A stretch of DNA of 64,000 nucleotides from Planctomycetota bacterium (GTDB lineage: Bacteria; Planctomycetota; B15-G4; SIAN01): assembly GCA_031409275.1 (NCBI GenBank), contig JANNXA010000040.1, positions 1-64,000 on the forward strand. Direction: 5' to 3'. Positions 1 to 8,983 of this stretch are shown one piece after another (position 1 is the first letter of the stretch; each line of letters starts with the position of its first letter). Made by a program: the position numbers and the translations under genes. A model generated the notes under the pieces. The model ran no database searches and was not told the DNA's origin. It was given only the letters and a program-made list of their open reading frames with translations.

Positions 1-314
1 ACAACGGCGGGTGGCAGTGGGCCGCCGGGACGGGCACGGACGCACAGCCGTACTTCCGCATCTTCAACCCGGTGCTGCAGGGCGTGCGCTTCGATCCCGA
101 CGGCACGTACGTGAAGCGCTGGGTGCCGGAACTGGCCGACGTGCCGACCGAGTTCGTGCACACGCCGTGGGTGATCGGGACGAAGCGGCGCCGCGGGACG
201 ACGGGGCTGTTCCCGGACACGGTCCCACCTGCGGCGTATCCGGAACGCATCGTCATCCACGAGGAGATGCGCGAGCGGGCACTCGCGATGTACCGGGCCG
301 CCTCGAACCCCTAG
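1..314 (+). CDS. phrB: Deoxyribodipyrimidine photolyase, C-terminal FAD-binding part (5' truncated by window)
   Basis: Frame from nt 3 reads NGGWQWAAGTGTDAQPYFRIFNPVLQGVRFDPDGTYVKRWVPEL...YPERIV, the photolyase/cryptochrome FAD-binding signature. Confidence 0.93.
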   Translation, partial: NGGWQWAAGTGTDAQPYFRIFNPVLQGVRFDPDGTYVKRWVPELADVPTEFVHTPWVIGTKRRRGTTGLFPDTVPPAAYPERIVIHEEMRERALAMYRAASNP

Positions 315-344
315 CGTTTCGGCATTGCCGTGGCGTTCGCCCGC

Positions 345-632
345 CTACTTGTCCCGGCCGCGGCCCACGCGACGGCCCGGACGCTCCGACCACAGCGACT
401 TGCTGCCGATCGCCGTGCTTCCGCCCGGGTTGGAGATCAGGGTGGGAGGCAGGACGCCATCGTCGGGTGCCGGGAGCTCCTCGATGGGCATGACCGCGAC
501 GGACGTCTCGAGCGGGGGGGAGACCGCGAGGGCAGCCGGTCCCATCGGATTCTCGGTGCCGCAGCCGCTGAGGCCGGCGACGAGCAGGGTGAGCATGGTG
601 ACACGGACGGTGTTCTTCAGGGCAACGGACAT
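345..632 (-). CDS. Small putative lipoprotein (95 aa)
   Basis: ATG at 632 follows GGAGG. MSVALKNTVRVTMLTLLVAGLSGC is a signal peptide with lipobox LSGC. A sigma54 motif lies just upstream. Confidence 0.65.
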   Translation of the reverse strand: MSVALKNTVRVTMLTLLVAGLSGCGTENPMGPAALAVSPPLETSVAVMPIEELPAPDDGVLPPTLISNPGGSTAIGSKSLWSERPGRRVGRGRDK

Positions 633-686
633 GGGTTGGGACCCTCCAGGGGGTCGCTCCACGCGAACCACCTGCCCCTGTTCCAA

Positions 687-703
687 TGCAACCGCCGTGC
701 CCG
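687..703 (-). promoter_or_regulatory. sigma54-type -24/-12 promoter for the small lipoprotein gene
   Basis: Minus strand CGGGCAC-GGCGG-TTGCA has GG-N10-GC spacing and is close to the TGGCAC-N5-TTGCW consensus. Confidence 0.6.
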
Positions 704-987
704 GACGCTGAAAGTGTCGTCGCCGAGCCCGCGCCGGCCAGAGCGGGCGATGTGCACGGCGATTCGCACGAGGATTCGCAGGCTGCGTGGTCGCTGCGCT
801 GCGGCGCGCGATCGGGCGGGGGAATCCCGCGCGACAGGCTGAGGATTCCCACCCACGTTCGCGTCGAAGCGGAAACCGTCGCTCCTGGCGACCTCGCCGG
901 GGAGACCGGTCCGGCCGCGAAAGCTGTGCTATCCTCCGGCCCGTCCACGCATTGCGCCCCAGGTGCCCGACCCGATCCGAGGTTTCC

Positions 988-2196
988 ATGCCGTTTCTCA
1001 CCGATCAGAACCGCGAGTGGCAGGCGCGTGCCCGCGAGGTGGCCGAGAAGGTCGTCCGCCCCCTGGCCCGCAAGTACGACGAGCTCCAGGAGTACCCGTG
1101 GGAGATCAAGGACGCGCTGGCCGAGGGCGGGTTCTTCGGCGTGTGGATCCCCAAGGAGTACGGTGGGGCGGGCGGCACGGTGCTCGACCTGTGCCTGGTC
1201 ATCGAGCAGCTCTCGCGCGCCTGCGGCGGCGTCGGCGTCATGTACTGCGTCAATGCGCTCGGCTCGTTCCCCATGCTGGTCGGCGGAACCGAGGAGCAGA
1301 AGAAGACGTGGCTGCCGAAGATCGCCTCGGGCGAGAAGCTGATCGCCTTCTGCCTCTCCGAGAAGTTCGCCGGCTCCGACGCGCAGGGCATGCGCCTGGC
1401 AGCGACGCCGGCGCCGGGCGGCGGCTGGCTGCTCAACGGCGAGAAGAAGTGGACGACCAACGGCGGCGCCGCAGACCTCTACACCGTGTTCGCGGTCAGC
1501 GACCCGGCCTCGAAGTCGCGGCGCATCTCGGCGTTCATCGTCGAGCAGGGCATGCCCGGGTTCTCGATCGGCAAGGTCGAGGACAAGATGGGCATCCGCT
1601 GCGTCCCTGTGGTCGAGACCGTGTTCAAGGACGTGAAGGTGAGCGAGGCGCAGCTCCTGGGCGGGCAGCCCGGCTTCGGTTTCCATCACGCGATGGGCAC
1701 GCTGGACCTGGCGCGCCCCGGCGTCGCCGCGCAGGGCCTGGGCCTGGCCGCCGGCGCGCTCGAGTTCGCGCAGGTCTATGCCGCCAAGCGCAACCAGTTC
1801 GGCACCTCGATCAACTCGTTCCAGATGATCCAGCAGCTGCTCGCCGATATGGCGACCCAGGTCGAGGCCGCGCGTCAGCTGGTCTACGCCGGCGCCACGT
1901 CGCTCGACAAGAAGCTGCCGAGCGCGAACAAGATGGCGGCCATGGCCAAGCTGTACGCGACCGACACCGCGATGAAGGTGACCACCGACGCGGTGCAGAT
2001 CTTCGGTGGCTACGGCTACATGCGCGACTACCCGATCGAGAAGTTCATGCGCGACGCGAAGATCACCCAGATCTACGAAGGCGCCAACCAGATCCAGAAG
2101 CTGGTCATCGCACGCAACCTCATCAAGGAAGCGATGCACCTCGACCATCTGATGAAGTACATCCCGCAGGAAACGCAGTGCGACTATCCGGCGTGA
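988..2196 (+). CDS. Acyl-CoA dehydrogenase
   Basis: Motifs FCLSEKFAGSD, LNGEKKWTTNG, EDKMGIR, RNQFG, AVQIFGGYGYMRDYPIEKFMRDAKITQIYEGANQIQ. Start at MPFLTDQ after GAGG. Confidence 0.95.
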   Translation: MPFLTDQNREWQARAREVAEKVVRPLARKYDELQEYPWEIKDALAEGGFFGVWIPKEYGGAGGTVLDLCLVIEQLSRACGGVGVMYCVNALGSFPMLVGGTEEQKKTWLPKIASGEKLIAFCLSEKFAGSDAQGMRLAATPAPGGGWLLNGEKKWTTNGGAADLYTVFAVSDPASKSRRISAFIVEQGMPGFSIGKVEDKMGIRCVPVVETVFKDVKVSEAQLLGGQPGFGFHHAMGTLDLARPGVAAQGLGLAAGALEFAQVYAAKRNQFGTSINSFQMIQQLLADMATQVEAARQLVYAGATSLDKKLPSANKMAAMAKLYATDTAMKVTTDAVQIFGGYGYMRDYPIEKFMRDAKITQIYEGANQIQKLVIARNLIKEAMHLDHLMKYIPQETQCDYPA

Positions 2197-2252
2197 GCGC
2201 CGCGAAGCGCCGCTGATCGAACCGTCCGCGCGACCATCACGAAACAAAGAAG

Positions 2253-2288
2253 CGCGCCGTCAGGGACCACCTGACGGCGCGTCGTTTC
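2253..2288. terminator. Hairpin terminator between the convergent acyl-CoA dehydrogenase and lexA genes
   Basis: 12-bp stem CGCGCCGTCAGG/CCTGACGGCGCG, with an A-rich left flank and a short T run on the right. Confidence 0.6.
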
Positions 2289-2338
2289 ATGCGAAGGGCG
2301 CCGCTCACTCACCGCGGCGCCCGCGCAGCGGGCACCGC

Positions 2339-3052
2339 TCACTCACAGCGGCGCCAGACCCCGACGACGCGGCCTTGGATCGTCACGTCGTCGACGTAGA
2401 TCGGGTCCATCGTGGCATTCGCCGGCTGCAGGCGGACACGACCCGATTCGCGGAAGACCCGCTTCAGCGTGGCCGATCCGTCGTCGAGCAGCGCCACGGC
2501 GATCTCGCCATCGCGGACGTCCTGCTGCGGGCGCACGACGACGAGGTCGCCGTCGCAGATGTGGTCGTCGATCATGCTGCTGCCGCGCACGCGCAGAGCG
2601 AACGCATCGGGCGGCACCATCTCGGCCGGAAAGACGCGGCTCTCGTAGCCATCGGCCACCGCCTCGATCGGCGCTCCGGCCGCGATCGTGCCCGCGATGC
2701 GGACGCGGACGTAACCGGCCGGCACCGCCGCTTCCTCGACTTCCGTTGCCGCGACAGGCGCCGGCGACGTCTCGAACTCCGGCTCGAGCGCCATCTCGGC
2801 CGCCAATCCACCGCCGAGCGCCACGAGGGGCCGCGGGTCACTGGCGAGCAGCAGCTTCCACCCATGCGCCGAGCCGTCGCCTTTCAAGTAGCCCCGCCGT
2901 TCCAGCGCTTTCAGGTGCTGGAAGACGGTCGTCGGCGACTTGCGCAGGCGCAACGCGAGTTCGCGCACGGACGGAATGTGCCCGCGCGTACGCGCGAACT
3001 GCTCCAAGGCTCTCAACACCTCGAGCTGCTTCTTCGACAGCGGGTGCGACAT
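2339..3052 (-). CDS. lexA: SOS repressor LexA
   Basis: N-terminal winged HTH (PSVRELA...HLKALERRGYL), Ala-Gly cleavage site (IAAGAP), catalytic Ser (GSSM) and Lys (ATLK). Confidence 0.96.
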   Translation of the reverse strand: MSHPLSKKQLEVLRALEQFARTRGHIPSVRELALRLRKSPTTVFQHLKALERRGYLKGDGSAHGWKLLLASDPRPLVALGGGLAAEMALEPEFETSPAPVAATEVEEAAVPAGYVRVRIAGTIAAGAPIEAVADGYESRVFPAEMVPPDAFALRVRGSSMIDDHICDGDLVVVRPQQDVRDGEIAVALLDDGSATLKRVFRESGRVRLQPANATMDPIYVDDVTIQGRVVGVWRRCE

Positions 3053-3087
3053 GCGGCGTTCCCTCTCTTGGACCGATGTGGGCTGGC

Positions 3088-3116
3088 TTGTTACCGAACG
3101 CAGTACGAACGTTCAA
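3088..3116 (-). promoter_or_regulatory. lexA promoter with overlapping candidate SOS box
   Basis: Minus strand TTGAAC-N17-TAACAA. Plus strand GAACgcaGTACGAACGTTC contains GTAC-N4-GTTC and GAAC-N7-GAAC. Confidence 0.6.
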
Positions 3117-3217
3117 GCCCCTCGCCGCCCACGATCTTTCCAAAGGATGTTCACGCCGCTTCATGAAGGCTCGGCGTCGGCGGCGCAACCGCCGATCGAC
3201 CTATGATCGCGCCCCTC

Positions 3218-4243
3218 ATGCCGCTCCTCTTCGATGCGCTGCAACGCCCGTTGCGCAGCCTACGGCTGTCGGTCACCGACCGCTGCAACCTGCGCTGTCA
3301 GTACTGCATGCCCGAAGCGGAATACCGCTGGCTCGACAAGGGGGCGCTCCTCACGTTCGAGGAGCTCGACCGCATCGTCGATCTCTTCGTTTCTCTGGGC
3401 GTCACCAAGGTGCGGCTCACCGGCGGCGAGCCGCTCCTGCGCCGTGATCTCGACGTGCTGGTCGCCGCGCTCGCGCGCAAACCTGGCGTGCGCGACCTCG
3501 CGCTGACCACGAACGGGATGCACCTCGTCGAGCAGGCGGCAGCGCTGAAGCGCGCCGGCCTCCATCGCCTGACCGTCAGCCTCGACACGCTCGATGCGCA
3601 GCGCTTCGAACGGATCACCCGCCGGCCCGGCCACGAACAGGTGCTCGCCGGCATCGAGGCGGCGCGCAGCGCGGGATTTCGCGACCTGAAGCTCGACACG
3701 GTCGTCGCGCGCGGCACCAACGACGACGAGGTCGTGCCGCTGCTCCGTTTCGCGCGCACCATCGGCGCAGAGCTGCGCTTCATCGAGTACATGGACGTCG
3801 GCGGCGCCACCCGCTGGAGCAGCGAGCAGGTCGTCGCGCGCCGCGAACTCCTCGCCACCATTGCCGCGGCGTTCGGACCGGCAGCGCCGCTGCCCGATCG
3901 CGACGGCGCTCCCGCCGAGCGCTTCGCGCTGCCCGACGGCACCACCTTCGGCATCATCGCCTCCACCACCGCGCCGTTCTGCGCGAGCTGCGACCGCAGC
4001 CGCCTGACCGCCGATGGCATGTGGTTCACCTGCCTCTACGCCACGACCGGCCTCGATCTGCGCGCGCCGCTGCGCGCGGGTGCGAGCGACGACGCGATGC
4101 GCGCGCTGCTCACGCCCGCCTGGCAGGCGCGCACCGATCGCGGCGCCGAGGAGCGCTTCGCGCTGCGCGAACGCGCGCCGTTCGCCCCGCATGCGACGTT
4201 GCAGGGCAATCCACATCTCGAGATGCACACTCGCGGGGGCTGA
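3218..4243 (+). CDS. moaA: GTP 3',8-cyclase (molybdenum cofactor biosynthesis)
   Basis: LRLSVTDRCNLRCQYCMP, RLTGGEPLLR, FIEYM, FCASCDRSRLTADG, C-terminal GG. Start is 3218 or 3203; TATGAT at 3202 favours 3218. Confidence 0.96.
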   Translation: MPLLFDALQRPLRSLRLSVTDRCNLRCQYCMPEAEYRWLDKGALLTFEELDRIVDLFVSLGVTKVRLTGGEPLLRRDLDVLVAALARKPGVRDLALTTNGMHLVEQAAALKRAGLHRLTVSLDTLDAQRFERITRRPGHEQVLAGIEAARSAGFRDLKLDTVVARGTNDDEVVPLLRFARTIGAELRFIEYMDVGGATRWSSEQVVARRELLATIAAAFGPAAPLPDRDGAPAERFALPDGTTFGIIASTTAPFCASCDRSRLTADGMWFTCLYATTGLDLRAPLRAGASDDAMRALLTPAWQARTDRGAEERFALRERAPFAPHATLQGNPHLEMHTRGG

Positions 4244-4245
4244 CG

Positions 4246-6966
4246 ATGGTGTCGCTCGCGCCGGCGCTCCTGTTCGTGGTCCAATCGACCGCCCCGCCGC
4301 CGCCTCTGCCTTGGCACGAGCAGCGCCCGGTCGCGCACGTCGCAACGATCGCGCGATTCGCCTTCGACGGCAGCGCCGACGGGTTCGTCGCCGTCCACGC
4401 GTGCGTGGTCGCTGCCGATTCGGAAGGGCTGCAGGTCTGCGCCAACGGCGACGATCCCTACCTCCACTCGCCGCTCCTCGACACGCGCGGGCCCGACTCC
4501 AGCGCGCCGGTGGATGCGAAACGTGGCGAACCGCTCGAACTCGAACTGCGCGCGCGAGCCAGTCGCGGGGCGCACCTGCGCGTCTACTGGACGACCCGCG
4601 AATCGCCGCAGTGGTCCGAGCAGCAGTCGTGCGACGGGGAGCTGATCGGCGACGGCAGCTGGCACTCGACGCGCACGCCGCTCCCGATCGTCGGCACGCT
4701 CCTGCAGTTGCGCCTCGATCCGTTCGACGGCGCCGGCACGCTCACCCTCGACTCGCTGCTCGTCCATCGCACGCGACGCTGCCCGGTTCGCATCGAGAGC
4801 GTCGAATCGTCTTCCGGCGGCGGCGACCTCGCCGGGTACACGCAGCTGCGCGTCCGCAACGATGGAAGCGAACCGGCGGACGTGCGCTGCAACGGAGAGC
4901 TCCATCGGCTCGCGGCGGGCGCTTCGACGATCCTGGTCCAACCCCATCCAGCGGGCGCGTCCGGCCGTCTGCTGCCGCTCGACCTCACCGTCGACGGCTT
5001 TCCACCCTTCATCGGGACGCTCTGTCCGTTGGATGCGACGCCGACGCCCCGCGCCTCCGCGCTCGCGTCGGGGCGCTGGTGCCTCGAAGTCGATCCATCG
5101 GGCAACGCCGCGCGCCTCTTCTGCGGCGCCGGCGAGGAGCGAGAAGTGATCGCGTGGATCGCTCCGCTGCTCGCGGCCATCGATCCGGTCGGCGGCGGCC
5201 TCGTGGCGCTGCCGAACCTGCGCGTGGTCCGACGCGACGATCACCGCCTGCAGGTGCGAGGCGACGGCGCGACGCTCGATCTTGAGTGGCGCGACGACGA
5301 ACTCGTCGCGTCGGTCCGCGCGGAACGGAGCGTCGAGGGCCCGGTGGTGCGCACCAGCGGCGCCCCCACCCGCGCGCTCTTCTGTGGGCTCGAATTCCTC
5401 GAAGCGCGGGAGCGTTCCTCCTCCTCGCTCGACCTCGAAGGCGCCGCTCGCCTGCGCTACGCGCCCGATCCGGCGCTCGTGACCTGGCCGCTGATGGCGG
5501 CCGAACTCCCGCGCGCGACGCTCGCCTTCACCTGGGATCGCCGCGACCTGTGCCCCTGTTTCGCGCAGCCCGATGGCTACAACGGCGAGGTCGGCACGCG
5601 CATGAGCGTGCGCGGCGTCGGCAACTACACCGTGCGCCTGCGACTGTCGAGCGGCGAGGAGGACGGCGGCGGCCGGCTCGACGCCGCGATCGCGAATGCC
5701 GTGCGCGCGCGCGGACTGCCAGGCTCGCGGCCACAGCGGTCGCGCGAAGCGCAGTGGCGGCTGTGCGAAGCCGCGCTCGACGGACCGCTGGCTGGACCCG
5801 GCGGCTTCGGTCATTGCGCCGAGCCGAGCTGGCCGCGCCACCTCTACGCGAGCTTCCTCGCGACGCGCTGGCGGATGGACGGCACGCTGCCCGACCGCGC
5901 GACACTCGCGGGCGCACCACTTGCCGATGGCGGCTCGCACCTGCAGGACGATGCGGCGTGGCTGCTGTGCGAGCGCGCCGAGGAATGGCTGGCGCGGCGC
6001 CGAGACGAGGCCGCTTCGCTGCGAGCATCGCAGGGAACGGATGGGCTTTGGCGCGAGTCGGGGCCATTCGCGCGCGGCCACTTCGAAGCGACGGCACTCG
6101 GGCTGGGTGCTCGCAACGCCGCGCAACTCCTCGAACACGCGCGCGTTACCGGCAACGCGGAGTCGCGGCGCGCCGGCCTGCGCGCCGCCTTCGCGCTCGA
6201 GCACTTCGCCGTTCCGCGCGGCGCGCAGACCTGGGAGCTGCCGTTGCATGCGCCCGATCTGCTCGCGGCGGCCCATGCCGTTCGTGCCTGCCTGCTTGGC
6301 GCCGAGCTGTTGCGCCGCGACTCGGCGGCCGACGATCCGGACGGGGATCGCGCCGACCTGCTCTTGGCATCGGCGCGGCGCCACGCGCTCTTCGGATTGC
6401 CGTTCGTCTACTTGTGGGGCGAGCGCGTCCCCACCGGCGACGCGGCCACCGCCGGCGCGCCGCCGATCGACGACTACGCCACCATCGCCGCCTACGCGGC
6501 GACGAACTGGAGCGCGCCAGTCTGGATCGGACTGCCGGTGCAGTGGTGCGGCATCGTCTACGCCGACGCGATCGCGCGGCTCCCTGACGAGGGTGGCCGA
6601 CGTGACGCGATCGACTGGCAACGGATCGCCCGCGGCATCCTCGCGACCGGCGAAGCGATGCAGCACGTCGACGGGCCGCTGATCGGCTGCCTGCCCGATG
6701 CCTTCCGACTCGCCGATCAGGTGCGACTGCCGGCCAGCATCAACCCTTGCGCGCTCGTCAACTTGCGATTGCAGCTCGAGAAGGCGCCGCACCAGCTCTT
6801 CGCGGTGCGCGTCGCGGAGCACGTCGTCACCGCGCCGTGGCCGTTGCAGGTCGAGGCGGACGGCGGCGTGCGACTCATGGCGCCGCCGACGACGCGGTGC
6901 GAAGTCGTGATCGACGGCACCCGCTGCGTCACTGCGATCGGCTCCGGCATGATCGAGCTTCCGTGA
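4246..6966 (+). CDS. Large exported hypothetical protein (906 aa); N-terminal jelly-roll/CBM-like domain and C-terminal helical glycosidase-like domain
   Basis: Hydrophobic N-terminus. DGSWHS...LRLDPFDG is CBM-like. C-terminal part has PRGAQTWE and WIGLPVQWCG motifs. Starts 2 nt after the moaA stop. Confidence 0.7.
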   Translation: MVSLAPALLFVVQSTAPPPPLPWHEQRPVAHVATIARFAFDGSADGFVAVHACVVAADSEGLQVCANGDDPYLHSPLLDTRGPDSSAPVDAKRGEPLELELRARASRGAHLRVYWTTRESPQWSEQQSCDGELIGDGSWHSTRTPLPIVGTLLQLRLDPFDGAGTLTLDSLLVHRTRRCPVRIESVESSSGGGDLAGYTQLRVRNDGSEPADVRCNGELHRLAAGASTILVQPHPAGASGRLLPLDLTVDGFPPFIGTLCPLDATPTPRASALASGRWCLEVDPSGNAARLFCGAGEEREVIAWIAPLLAAIDPVGGGLVALPNLRVVRRDDHRLQVRGDGATLDLEWRDDELVASVRAERSVEGPVVRTSGAPTRALFCGLEFLEARERSSSSLDLEGAARLRYAPDPALVTWPLMAAELPRATLAFTWDRRDLCPCFAQPDGYNGEVGTRMSVRGVGNYTVRLRLSSGEEDGGGRLDAAIANAVRARGLPGSRPQRSREAQWRLCEAALDGPLAGPGGFGHCAEPSWPRHLYASFLATRWRMDGTLPDRATLAGAPLADGGSHLQDDAAWLLCERAEEWLARRRDEAASLRASQGTDGLWRESGPFARGHFEATALGLGARNAAQLLEHARVTGNAESRRAGLRAAFALEHFAVPRGAQTWELPLHAPDLLAAAHAVRACLLGAELLRRDSAADDPDGDRADLLLASARRHALFGLPFVYLWGERVPTGDAATAGAPPIDDYATIAAYAATNWSAPVWIGLPVQWCGIVYADAIARLPDEGGRRDAIDWQRIARGILATGEAMQHVDGPLIGCLPDAFRLADQVRLPASINPCALVNLRLQLEKAPHQLFAVRVAEHVVTAPWPLQVEADGGVRLMAPPTTRCEVVIDGTRCVTAIGSGMIELP

Positions 6967-7008
6967 AGCCGCCAGAGTCCCGCCGTCGTCCGCTGCAACG
7001 AGATCCCC

Positions 7009-8178
7009 ATGCGTCACGTCCGCCCACCCATCGTGCTCCGCCTTCGTCGCGAAGCGGTCTACGCCGCGCTCATGGTGGCGATGGTGTTCGGCGCCACTGA
7101 GATCGGGCTGCGCGTCGCGGCGGCCCTGAAGCGCGACCACCGCGGCGCGCGCCCCTACGGCATCCACAGCGAGACGCACGACGGCATCGCCTACGGCAAC
7201 GACGACGGGCCGATCGCGCTCGCCAATGACCCCCACCTCGTCTACCGGCCGGTCGGGCCACGCCGCGGCTCCGTCGTCACGCTCGCCTCATCGGGATTCC
7301 GCGGACCGGAACGCGCGCGCATGAAGCCGGTCGGCACGCAGCGGGTCATCGTCCTCGGCGGCTCGACGGCCTTCGGCATGAACGCCAGCGGAGATGGCGC
7401 GATCTTCACCGCGCGCCTCGAACAGCGCCTCGCGAAGCAGGCCGCCGCGACCGGAACGACGATCGAAGTGTGGAATTGCGGCGTGATCGGCTACGACTCG
7501 ACGCAGGAGCTCGTCCTGCTGGCGACCGAGCTCGTCGATGTCGCGCCCGATGTCGTGCTCTTCTTCGATGGCTGGAACGACTTCCGCGGCAGCGGGATGC
7601 TCGCCGATGCGAACGAGGCGCTGCTCCATCCGAAGTTCACCGAGAACGATCGCTACCTGGCGCGTCGCACCGAGCCGTTCGTCGAGTGGATCCGCAGCTT
7701 CGCGGTGGTCGGCAAGCTCGAGAGCGGCCTGGTCCGAGCGCTCGCTCGCGTCGGCCCGCCGCGCGACTTCGGCGAGTACTTCGACCATTCCGACGTCGCC
7801 GTGCCGCGCTACCAACGCAACCTGCGCGCGATGATTCGCCTGGCCCGCGCGTACGCAGCGACACCGCTGGTCGTGTCGCAACCCGAGCTCTTCCAGCGCG
7901 CCCATCCACCGCAGGCCGAGCTCGCGATGCGCGCCAAGCGCGAGGAGGAGGGCTACGGCGACTACGCGCGCTCGGTCTATCCGCGCTTCGTCGCCGCCGG
8001 ACGCGAAGTCGCCGCTTCCGAGCAGGCCCCCTACTTCGACGCGACCACCGCGTTCGATGCGCTCGAGATCGTCGCCTTCACCGACTTCGTCCACCTCAGC
8101 GACGCTGGCAACGACCGCATCGCCGAATGGCTCGAAGCGCCCGTCCTGCAGGCGCTCGCAGCGTCGGCGTCGCGATGA
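7009..8178 (+). CDS. Membrane-anchored SGNH/GDSL hydrolase
   Basis: N-terminal TM with EIGLR; block I GGSTAFG, block III DGWND, block V DFVHLSDAGN. Confidence 0.85.
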   Translation: MRHVRPPIVLRLRREAVYAALMVAMVFGATEIGLRVAAALKRDHRGARPYGIHSETHDGIAYGNDDGPIALANDPHLVYRPVGPRRGSVVTLASSGFRGPERARMKPVGTQRVIVLGGSTAFGMNASGDGAIFTARLEQRLAKQAAATGTTIEVWNCGVIGYDSTQELVLLATELVDVAPDVVLFFDGWNDFRGSGMLADANEALLHPKFTENDRYLARRTEPFVEWIRSFAVVGKLESGLVRALARVGPPRDFGEYFDHSDVAVPRYQRNLRAMIRLARAYAATPLVVSQPELFQRAHPPQAELAMRAKREEEGYGDYARSVYPRFVAAGREVAASEQAPYFDATTAFDALEIVAFTDFVHLSDAGNDRIAEWLEAPVLQALAASASR

Positions 8179-8933
8179 GCACGACGCGCTGCGAACGGGT
8201 GCGCGGGTGGCGCGGCCGCCTCGAACTCCTGGGGGAGCACGTCGCGCGACTGCTGCACGAGAGCGACGCCGCCAGCGCGCCGGATTCGCATGCGGCCGTC
8301 GAGGCGCAGGCGCAGCAGCTCTTCGACGCGTGCGGACGACCGGACGGCATCCTCGAGCTGCGACGCCAGGACGACCAACCGCCCGAGGTCCTCGACTTGC
8401 GCCCGTACGACTTTCGATCGGACCAGCTCGCCGGAGGGCTCGTCGTTCAAGTGGCTGGCGAGCGCGCGCCGCTGCCGGCGACCAAGTCGCTCGATCGCCT
8501 CGAGGAAGCGCGCGAACGCCTCGCGGCGGCGCGAGCGCACGGCGTCGACGAGCTGCTGTGGTCCAGTCACGACGGCGCGTTGCTCGGCGCCACCACGATG
8601 AACCTCTTCCTCGTGCGCAGCGGCGAACTGCTCACGCCCTCCCATGCGAGCGGCGCGTGGAATGGCCTCCTGCGCAAAGCCGTGCTCCACGCCGCTCTCG
8701 AGCTCGCACCGACGCTCGGCTTCACGCTGCGCGAGACGACCCTGCGCCTTGCCGATCTCGCCGAGGCGGACGACGCGTTCCTTGCTGGCAGCGCCCACGG
8801 CATCGTGCCGATCCGTGCCATCGACGGTCGGCCGCTGCTTGCGCCGCCGCGCGGATCGCCCGCGCGCAAGCTCGTCCCGCAGCTCAAGCTGCGGGTGCAC
8901 GAACTCTGCAGTCAGCGCTTCCTGCCGGCGTAG
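8175..8933 (+). CDS. Class IV PLP aminotransferase / ADC-lyase-like protein
   Basis: ATKSL (PLP Lys position), TTMNLFLV, GLLRKAVL, ADDAFL...GIVPIRAIDG. ATGA overlap with the upstream gene. Confidence 0.7.
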   Translation: MSTTRCERVRGWRGRLELLGEHVARLLHESDAASAPDSHAAVEAQAQQLFDACGRPDGILELRRQDDQPPEVLDLRPYDFRSDQLAGGLVVQVAGERAPLPATKSLDRLEEARERLAAARAHGVDELLWSSHDGALLGATTMNLFLVRSGELLTPSHASGAWNGLLRKAVLHAALELAPTLGFTLRETTLRLADLAEADDAFLAGSAHGIVPIRAIDGRPLLAPPRGSPARKLVPQLKLRVHELCSQRFLPA

Positions 8934-8983
8934 CGGCGGCGGGAGAGGTGCGCGACGCGGCACCCCGCCCGCCGCGTCAAGCC

